A stretch of 64,000 nucleotides of DNA. Origin: an uncultured bacterium (GTDB taxonomy: Bacteria; Hydrothermota; Hydrothermia; WGAB01). The stretch is taken from positions 38,665 through 102,664 of the forward strand of contig CAYOQK010000021.1 of NCBI GenBank assembly GCA_964406105.1, given 5' to 3'. Each line of letters begins with the position of its first letter. Position 1 is the first letter of the stretch. The translations under genes were made by a program, and so were the position numbers. Positions 57,507 to 64,000 of this stretch are shown in pieces. A model generated the notes under the pieces. The model saw nothing but the letters and a program-made list of their open reading frames with translations. It was not told where the DNA came from and made no database searches.

Positions 57507-58447
57507 GGTGCCTCCACGGGTTCCACGCGCTTTGCCGTGAGTTCGTTGTAAAACCGCAGGCGTCCCACCTGCTTTACCGCGTAAAAGGTTCCCTCCACCC
57601 GAACCCATTGTCCCTCCTGCAGCGGGGGATGGCCTCGCAGGTAAACCTTTAGGGAGGCCACGCCGTCGTCCAGGCGGAATAGGGTATAGGGATTTCCCCG
57701 CCGGGAAAACTTCTGCCTCAGGTTTCGGACCCGTCCCTGGAGCACCAGGGTACGCTCATGGTAGGCCTCGGGGTGGCTTAGGATCTCCTGAATTTGAGAA
57801 GCCTGAGGGGAGTTGTTCTCTGGCGGGGTTTGGGGACGGAGGGTATCGGAGAGGGTAGAGGCGCTGGAGGGAACAAAGGGCTGGGCGACGCGCCACAGGG
57901 AATCAAAAAAGGCCGCCTGTTGGTGGACCGCCAGGCCGCCCCGCAGGAGCACGTTGGTTTCCAAGTTGTGGGTCAGGGCGTAGTAGGTCCAATTGGTAGA
58001 GCCCAACAGCAACCACTGGTCGTCCACCAGGAGCATTTTGCCGTGGGCAGTTTGGCCAGGGTTGTCCACTCGCACTTGGACCCCTGCACGGTGTAGCCGG
58101 GCCAGGGTTCGTCGGTTCCGCGGGCCCACTCGTCCCCTGAGGTGTTCCTCGCCCCCCTCCGTGATCACTCGGACGGACACGCCCCGTTGGGCTGCCTGTT
58201 CCAACAGGGTGTACAGGGAGTCCAGGGGATCTCCTGGCCGGGCCTCAAAGAGTTCAAACATCAGGAGACGCACGCTCTGCTGTGCCCGTTGGAGCAGATC
58301 GCGGGCGATGGGATAGTAGGTTGTGCCGTTCACCGCGCGGGAGGCTGGGCGGCTTACGAGGCACAGGTACAGGAACGCTCCCAGCAGGAGCCCCACGCCG
58401 AAGGCTAAAAGGATCCGACGGTTCCGAAGGTTGCGCCACCCCTGCAT
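57503..58447 (-). CDS. Membrane-anchored PLD-family (single HKD, Nuc-like) protein with C-terminal OB fold
   Basis: N-terminal TM, AAQRGVSVRVI, HGKMLLVD..GSTNWT..NLE, then VLQGRV..GNPYTLFRLDDG. Confidence 0.82.
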   Translation of the reverse strand: MQGWRNLRNRRILLAFGVGLLLGAFLYLCLVSRPASRAVNGTTYYPIARDLLQRAQQSVRLLMFELFEARPGDPLDSLYTLLEQAAQRGVSVRVITEGGEEHLRGRVGPRNRRTLARLHRAGVQVRVDNPGQTAHGKMLLVDDQWLLLGSTNWTYYALTHNLETNVLLRGGLAVHQQAAFFDSLWRVAQPFVPSSASTLSDTLRPQTPPENNSPQASQIQEILSHPEAYHERTLVLQGRVRNLRQKFSRRGNPYTLFRLDDGVASLKVYLRGHPPLQEGQWVRVEGTFYAVKQVGRLRFYNELTAKRVEPVEAP

Positions 58448-58461
58448 CGGGGGGTTCTCCC

Positions 58462-58665
58462 TCAGGGCGCCTCGGGCTCCCCAAAGTGCTCTTGTTCCAG
58501 CCGGCGGAGCCGTTTTTCCAGGGCCCGTAGGCGTTTCTCAGGGCTCCGGGAGGCCACCCGTTCGCGGAGTTCTGGCCCCCGCCAGGGAGTCAAGAGCAGG
58601 GTCAAGGCTGCTCCCACCAGGCCCCCGGTGAGGAACAGCATCCAAAAGGCCGCTTTGCCCTTCAT
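58462..58665 (-). CDS. YtxH-like small protein
   Basis: GGLVGAALTLLLTPWRGPELRE followed by a coiled coil. Confidence 0.75.
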   Translation of the reverse strand: MKGKAAFWMLFLTGGLVGAALTLLLTPWRGPELRERVASRSPEKRLRALEKRLRRLEQEHFGEPEAP

Positions 58666-58668
58666 GGG

Positions 58669-59361
58669 TTACTCCTGGTTGGCGATCACTCGGATGAACT
58701 TGTGGGGCAAACGCCCGTCGTTGGTTTTCAGCATCAAAACGCCGCTGTAAGGTTTGTCTTGGCCTACGGTGATCTTCAGGTAGATGCGGCCGGTATCCCC
58801 TGGGGCGATGGTGTCGGGGTCCCAACCTTGAACGTCTACCCCTTTGAAGCCGTTGATGGACTCCAGCACCAGGGGCAGTTGGCCATCGCTGATCAGGAGT
58901 ACGGTATCCAGCACCACGGTGCCCGGCGGTACCTGTCCCAGGTTGAGCAGCGAGGGGTACACGTAGCCCCGTGGTTTGGGCATCTCTTTTACCTGGCCAC
59001 GGATCAACACCCGCACCTCGGGTTGGTCGGGATCGTTGCTCACGATGCTCACGGGTTTCACAAAGCTCCGGCCACCGTATCCCCGCGAGTTAAAGGACAC
59101 ATGGAGCACTTGACTGTCCCCTGGAGCGATGCTGGTGTTGTCCAGCAGGGTGGCGGTGCAGCCGCAGGAGGTGCGCACGGAAAAGATCTTCAGGGTGTCG
59201 GTGCCGGTGTTCTTCAGGACGAAATCGTGGGTGTAGATCTTGCCCTCATCAATGATGCCGAAGTCGTGGACCGGTGCCGGCACCTCCAAGTGCGGGGCGC
59301 CGGACAACAACCCTGCGAAGGTCAGTAAGAGCGCAAAAGCAAACCCCTTTCGCATGTTCAT
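58669..59361 (-). CDS. Exported DUF1573-domain (Ig-like) protein
   Basis: HDFG..F..KNTG..L.I..V.TSCGCT, IAPG, VSIVSNDP, second Ig-like unit. Confidence 0.82.
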   Translation of the reverse strand: MNMRKGFAFALLLTFAGLLSGAPHLEVPAPVHDFGIIDEGKIYTHDFVLKNTGTDTLKIFSVRTSCGCTATLLDNTSIAPGDSQVLHVSFNSRGYGGRSFVKPVSIVSNDPDQPEVRVLIRGQVKEMPKPRGYVYPSLLNLGQVPPGTVVLDTVLLISDGQLPLVLESINGFKGVDVQGWDPDTIAPGDTGRIYLKITVGQDKPYSGVLMLKTNDGRLPHKFIRVIANQE

Positions 59362-59415
59362 AGCCCTTTTATCATACGCCGTCCCTTACAATTAGACCAA
59401 CGGGAGGCATGCCAC

Positions 59416-59757
59416 ATGAGAGGTTTGGTGCTCCGCTGGATCCTGTCCATGGTATCCCTGTGGCTTGTGAGTTGGGTGCTCAAGGGCATTGAGGTTTCCG
59501 GGTTTTGGTCGTTGCTCTTTGCCTCTTTGGTGTTGGGGATCTTCAACGCCTTGATCCGCCCGGTGTTGATCCTCTTGACTCTACCGCTCACCCTGCTCAC
59601 CCTGGGGCTTTTCACCTTCGTGATCAATGGATTCCTCCTGTGGCTCACCGGTCAGGTGGTACGGGGTTTTGAAGTGCACGGGTTCCTTACGGCCTTTGTG
59701 GCGGCCATCCTCCTGGCGGTGTTCAATAGTGTGATCAATTGGCTGGTGCGAGGATGA
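59416..59757 (+). CDS. 4-TMS holin-superfamily (YvlD-like) membrane protein
   Basis: LGIFNALIRPVLILLTLPLTLLTLGLFTFVINGFLL..GFEV.GF. Confidence 0.88.
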   Translation: MRGLVLRWILSMVSLWLVSWVLKGIEVSGFWSLLFASLVLGIFNALIRPVLILLTLPLTLLTLGLFTFVINGFLLWLTGQVVRGFEVHGFLTAFVAAILLAVFNSVINWLVRG

Positions 59758-60005
59758 TGCGGACCGGTCGGTATACCCTGGCACTCTTTCTGATCCTCAG
59801 TGGGCTCCTGCTGTTGTTGGACAATCTGGGCCTGCTTCGGAGCAGCGCTTGGCACACCGTGGTGCGGTTCTGGCCCGTGCTGCTCATCTTCCTGGGGCTG
59901 GAGTTCCTCCTGGAGGAACGGTTCCAGTGGATCTTGGTGTACCTGCTGGTGTTCTTGGTGGGCTTCATTGGGGTGCTGGTGGTCCGCTCGGTGTTTTCCT
60001 TTTGA
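59754..60005 (+). CDS. Small membrane protein (DUF5668/LiaF-N-like)
   Basis: LILSGLLLLLDNLG..RFWPVLLIFLG. ATGA overlap with the upstream gene. Confidence 0.7.
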   Translation: MMRTGRYTLALFLILSGLLLLLDNLGLLRSSAWHTVVRFWPVLLIFLGLEFLLEERFQWILVYLLVFLVGFIGVLVVRSVFSF

Positions 60006-60008
60006 TCC

Positions 60009-60875
60009 ATGTCCCTCCTCCGTTCACCGTGCAAGATCAATGTGGGGCTCTTTGTGCTGGGTCGCCGGCCCGATGGGTTCCACGAGCTGGACACCCTATT
60101 CGCCCGGTTGGCCTTCAGTGATCGGATCACGGTGACCCCCGCCCCCCGGTTAACGGTCGTCGCAGAGCCCTGGGGGCCCCAAAACGAGGAGAACCTGGTG
60201 TATCGGGCCCTTCGGGAGGTGGAACGCCGGTGGGGAACCCCCTTGTCCCTAAGGGTTCATATTGAAAAGCGGGTGCCCATGGGTGCGGGATTGGGGGGTG
60301 GATCGGCCAACGCTGCAGTGGTGCTCCGCTGGCTGGTGCGCACCCATGGAGTGCCTAAGGACCTGGCCCGCGAGGTGGCTCGGCGCATCGGTGCCGATGT
60401 GGCCTTCTTCTTTGAGGAGGTCACGTGGGCCCGTGGCCGAGGCCGAGGCGATCAACTGGAGCCGCTGGTCGGATTGCCAGAAAGGGTGCCAGTCCTGCTG
60501 GTACTGCCGCCCTTCGGTGTGTCCACGGCCCAGGCGTACCAGGCTCTGGCCAAAAGCGGCGCCTATACACCGGCGGAGGAGGCCCAAGAACGCATGGAAC
60601 GCCTGGTCGCAGCCCTGCGAAGGCGCTTGTGGGCAGAGGCCAGTCAGCACCTGGCCAATGACTTTGAGCCCTTGGTGTTCCGCTGGCACCCCGAACTCCG
60701 GGAGTTGAAGGTGCACCTACGGCGGATGGGTGCGATGCTGGCTGGGTTGTCGGGCACAGGGTCAGCGCTGTTCGGCGTGTTCCCCCAGGGGCGTCCTGCG
60801 GAGCTCTCCCTGCCCCCTGGATTCCGAGGGGTCTGGACGCAGATCGGCGCGCCGGAGCACCACGAAGGCAGCTGA
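60009..60875 (+). CDS. ispE: 4-diphosphocytidyl-2-C-methyl-D-erythritol kinase
   Basis: PCKINVGL..RRPDGFHEL, KRVPMGAGLGGGSANAA, IGADV, NDFE, LSGTGSALFG. Confidence 0.95.
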   Translation: MSLLRSPCKINVGLFVLGRRPDGFHELDTLFARLAFSDRITVTPAPRLTVVAEPWGPQNEENLVYRALREVERRWGTPLSLRVHIEKRVPMGAGLGGGSANAAVVLRWLVRTHGVPKDLAREVARRIGADVAFFFEEVTWARGRGRGDQLEPLVGLPERVPVLLVLPPFGVSTAQAYQALAKSGAYTPAEEAQERMERLVAALRRRLWAEASQHLANDFEPLVFRWHPELRELKVHLRRMGAMLAGLSGTGSALFGVFPQGRPAELSLPPGFRGVWTQIGAPEHHEGS

Positions 60876-61568
60876 ACGGGCATGATCGTACAGGGGACGC
60901 ACCCACACCTGCAGGTAAAAGGGGTTGGTTTTCAAGGTATCCACCCGTTCCACCACGGCCACCGGTAGGCCTGGGGGAATGAGATGGCCTACCCCACTGC
61001 TGACGAAGGTGTCTCCAGGGGCTACCGAGGCCCAGGCTGGCAGGTACTTGATCCACGGGCGGCCCCCGCCAGCGAGAACCCCCAGCACGCCGGTGCGCAG
61101 GGAGGCGACCCCCACCCGAAAATCTGGGTGGAACACGGTGTACACCCATGCGGTGCGAGGCTGCACCTGCACCACCTTGCCCACCAGAACGCCGCGGTGC
61201 ACCAGCACCTCGCCGTACTCTATGCCGTCTTGGGCGCCTCGGTTGATGAGGATCCGTTGGGGCACCCCCAGGGGGTCAAAGGCCAAGGCATGGGCGATGC
61301 GGGAGGAGGAGGGTACGCCCCACAGGGAATCCAAACGGGCCAGGGCCTCCTGTTGGAGGTGGGGCGAGAGGTCCAGGAACACTTGAAGCCAGCGTTGTCG
61401 GTCGCGTTCTGCGGTGAGCAGGGTGGCGATCCGTTGGTCCAGGCGAAAGAGGGGTTGGTACACCGTGGCTGTCAGAACCCGTGAGGTCACCTCCCGAACC
61501 GGGGCAAAAAGGAACAACAGGGAAAGCAGGGCGAACAGGCCGGTGGAGGACCCAGGGGTGGACCTCAT
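60762..61568 (-). CDS. mreC: Rod shape-determining protein MreC
   Basis: ILINRGAQDGI, GVLVGKV, GDTFVSSG..PPGLPV. ATG overlaps the mreB stop. Confidence 0.88.
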   Translation of the reverse strand: MRSTPGSSTGLFALLSLLFLFAPVREVTSRVLTATVYQPLFRLDQRIATLLTAERDRQRWLQVFLDLSPHLQQEALARLDSLWGVPSSSRIAHALAFDPLGVPQRILINRGAQDGIEYGEVLVHRGVLVGKVVQVQPRTAWVYTVFHPDFRVGVASLRTGVLGVLAGGGRPWIKYLPAWASVAPGDTFVSSGVGHLIPPGLPVAVVERVDTLKTNPFYLQVWVRPLYDHARSAAFVVLRRADLRPDPSESRGQGELRRTPLGEHAEQR

Positions 61569-62620
61569 CGGGTGGTGACTTGGCTTCGGGGTTGGATCAG
61601 CACCTTGCGGTAGTGGTCCAGGTTTTCCAGAATCTTGCCGGCCCCTTGGACCACGCATTCCACGGGGTTTTCCACCACATTGACCGCCAGGTTGGTTTCC
61701 TCCCGCAGCAGGGCGGCAAAGCCGCGCAGTTGAGAGCCCCCGCCGGACAGGTAGATTCCGCGGTCAATGATGTCGGCTACGAGTTCTGGAGGGGTGCGTT
61801 CCAAGGCTCGTTTCACCGCGTCAATGATTTGGTACACCACGGGCTTGAGGGCCTCGCGGATCTCGTCGGAGTTGACCTCAATGGTCTTGGGGGCTCCGCT
61901 GACCAGGTCGCGTCCGCGGACCTCCATCCGCCGGGTTTCCTCCAAGGGGAACACGTTGCCGATCTCAATCTTGATTTGCTCTGCGGTTTGCTGGCCCACC
62001 TCCACCCGGTAATGGTCGCGGATGAACTGGATGATGGCTTCGTCCATCTCGTCGCCGGCCACACGGATGGAGGTGTCGGTGACGATGCCCGAGAGGGAGA
62101 TCACGGCGATTTCGGTGGTTCCGCCGCCCACGTCCACGATCATGTGGCCTGCGGGTTCGTCAATGTCAATGCCGATGCCCACAGCGGCGGCCACAGGTTC
62201 GGCCACCAGGAGCACCTCGCGGCTGCCTGCGCTTTCGGCAGAATCCCGAACGGCGCGGAGCTCCACCTCGGTGACTGCGGAGGGAACGGCGATCAGGGTT
62301 CGGGGGTTGGCCCAGAGGTGTTTGCTGATGGTTTTGGAGAGGAAGGTGTAGAGCATCTCCTGGACCATCTCAAAGTCAGTGATCACGCCGTCCTTCATGG
62401 GGCGTTTGGCCAGGATGCCCTTGTGGGTTTTCCCCAGCATCCGTTTGGCCTCATAGCCCACAGCCAGCACCTTGCCCGTGGCCTGGTCCACCGCCACCAC
62501 CGAGGGCTCGTTCAGCACGATGCCCTGGCCTTTGACGTACACCAGCGTGTAGGCCGTGCCGAGGTCCACCGCCACCTCGTTGCCCCACACGCGGAAAAAC
62601 CTTTTGAGGAACGAAAGCAT
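61565..62620 (-). CDS. mreB: Rod shape-determining protein MreB
   Basis: VDLGTAYTLVY, EPSVVA, RPMKDGVI, EPVAAA, VDVGGGTTE, LSGGG. Confidence 0.98.
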   Translation of the reverse strand: MLSFLKRFFRVWGNEVAVDLGTAYTLVYVKGQGIVLNEPSVVAVDQATGKVLAVGYEAKRMLGKTHKGILAKRPMKDGVITDFEMVQEMLYTFLSKTISKHLWANPRTLIAVPSAVTEVELRAVRDSAESAGSREVLLVAEPVAAAVGIGIDIDEPAGHMIVDVGGGTTEIAVISLSGIVTDTSIRVAGDEMDEAIIQFIRDHYRVEVGQQTAEQIKIEIGNVFPLEETRRMEVRGRDLVSGAPKTIEVNSDEIREALKPVVYQIIDAVKRALERTPPELVADIIDRGIYLSGGGSQLRGFAALLREETNLAVNVVENPVECVVQGAGKILENLDHYRKVLIQPRSQVTTR

Positions 62621-64000
62621 CAGGACTCCACTTCCTTCTTTAACTCGTAGAGCAAGTTTAAAGCATCCCTGGGGCTTAATCCATCCAAATCTACAGATTT
62701 TAAGCGTTGAAGCACCCTTTCGGCGGCCTTCGGAACCGATGGAGCCGGTTGGAACAGGTCCAGTTGAGTGAGCCGGGTGCGGATGGTGCCTTCCCGCTCA
62801 ATGTCCTCCTGGATCTCCTGGGCCCGGCGCACCACCTCCTCGGGGATGCCTGCCAACCGGGCCACGTGGATCCCGTAGCTGCGGTCGGTTTCTCCGGGTA
62901 CCACCTTTCGGAGAAAAATGACCTTGCCCTCCCATTCCTTCACCTTGGTGGTAAAGTTCTTTACGGCGGGATACATCTTGCCCAGTTTGGAGAGTTGGTG
63001 GTAGTGGGTGGCGAAGAGGGTTTTGGCTCCCACCCGGTTCAACAGGTACTCCACCACAGCCCAAGCAATGGCCAGACCGTCAAAGGTGGAGGTTCCTCGG
63101 CCCACCTCGTCCAGGATCACCAGGCTCTTGCGGGTGGCATTCCGTAGGATGTTGGCGGTTTCAATCATCTCGGCCATGAAGGTGGACACCCCACGGGCCA
63201 GGTCGTCGGAGGCCCCAATGCGGGTGAAGATGCGATCCACAAGGCCGATATGGGCCTTGGAGGCGGGCACGAAGGTGCCCATTTGGGCCATAAGGGTGAT
63301 CAAGGCCACCTGCCGCAGGAAGGTGCTCTTGCCCGACATGTTGGGCCCGGTGAGAATGAAGATCCGGCGATGGTGGAGATCCATCTCTGTGTCGTTGGGT
63401 ACGAAGGGTTCGTCAATCATCACCTCCACCATGGGGTGGCGACCCTCCTGGATCCGCAGGGTGCCGTCGTCCACCACCTCGGGCATCACGTACCGCCGTT
63501 TCCGGGCCACCAGGGCCTGCGACTGCAGGAAGTCTAACTCGGCGATGGTGGCGGCCACCGCCTTGAGACCAGGGGCCTGGTCCACCACCCTTCGGCGGAG
63601 CTGCTCCCAGATTTCCAGTTCCAGTCGGCGTGCCCGCTCCTCGGCCGACAGGATGCGGGCCTCCAGTTCCTTGAGTTCCGGGGTGTAAAACCGCTCGGCG
63701 TTGGTTAGGGTTTGTTTGCGGATGTAGTCCTGGGGAACCCGGCTCAGGTTGGCCTTGGTCACCTCAATGTAGTAGCCCAGCACGTTGTTGTACCCGATTT
63801 TGAGCGAGGCGATGCCGGTGCGTTCCCGCTCCCGTTGCTCCAAGGCCAAGATGCGGGTTTTTCCGTGATGGGCCAGGTCCAGAAGTTCAGCCAGCTCCCG
63901 CGACACCTCGGGCCGGATGAAACCGCCTTCCCGAACGCTGGCCGGGGGGTTCTCCACCACGGTGGCCACCAGTTCTTGGGCCAGATCCAGCAGTTGGGGG
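62620..64000 (-). CDS. mutS: DNA mismatch repair protein MutS (5' part outside the window)
   Basis: LKIGYNNVLGYYIEV, RKQTLTNAERF, GRHPMVE, TGPNMSGKSTFLRQ, STFMAEM, DEVGRGTST, FATHY, SYGIHVARLAG. Confidence 0.98.
   Translation of the reverse strand, partial: PQLLDLAQELVATVVENPPASVREGGFIRPEVSRELAELLDLAHHGKTRILALEQRERERTGIASLKIGYNNVLGYYIEVTKANLSRVPQDYIRKQTLTNAERFYTPELKELEARILSAEERARRLELEIWEQLRRRVVDQAPGLKAVAATIAELDFLQSQALVARKRRYVMPEVVDDGTLRIQEGRHPMVEVMIDEPFVPNDTEMDLHHRRIFILTGPNMSGKSTFLRQVALITLMAQMGTFVPASKAHIGLVDRIFTRIGASDDLARGVSTFMAEMIETANILRNATRKSLVILDEVGRGTSTFDGLAIAWAVVEYLLNRVGAKTLFATHYHQLSKLGKMYPAVKNFTTKVKEWEGKVIFLRKVVPGETDRSYGIHVARLAGIPEEVVRRAQEIQEDIEREGTIRTRLTQLDLFQPAPSVPKAAERVLQRLKSVDLDGLSPRDALNLLYELKKEVES

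Noticed and set aside
59416-59757. 'Phage holin' as a sign of prophage
   Set aside because: This 4-TMS family is a common chromosomal membrane protein, and no integrase, capsid, tail or lysin genes are nearby.

Overview
GC-rich chromosomal backbone from a diderm bacterium. It is probably a thermophile of the FCB-related candidate lineages (WOR-3/Hydrothermae-like); this is inferred from the lpxC-fabZ fusion, a PorV-like barrel, a C25 gingipain with an FlgD-Ig/T9SS-type tail and a non-cellulosomal dockerin. I found no prophage, IS element or CRISPR array. Housekeeping genes: uvrA, folC, polX, ftsK, rplU, secG, tpiA, recA, dcd, holB, ispE, mreBC, mutS, tRNA-Gln(TTG) and tRNA-Met(CAT). Main points of interest: (1) a poly-gamma-glutamate operon, pgsC-pgsW-X-pgsB, where X is an unassigned, very basic protein with a predicted outer-membrane barrel that could export the polymer; (2) an lpxD-lpxC/fabZ-lpxA operon extended by GnnA-like and LmtA-like genes, suggesting a Leptospira-type lipid A; (3) a TPP riboswitch controlling a PurM/HypE-like gene of unknown function plus thiE; (4) an unannotated ~160-nt rod-shaped RNA upstream of folC with two hairpins sharing one loop sequence; (5) repeated sigma70 promoters placed for leaderless translation, including an overlapping divergent pair at dcd/holB; (6) three very large secreted proteins with different C-terminal tags. 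Several start codons were moved from the ORF track using SD sites, ATGA overlaps or promoter spacing. All family calls come from motif recognition by eye; no database search was run.
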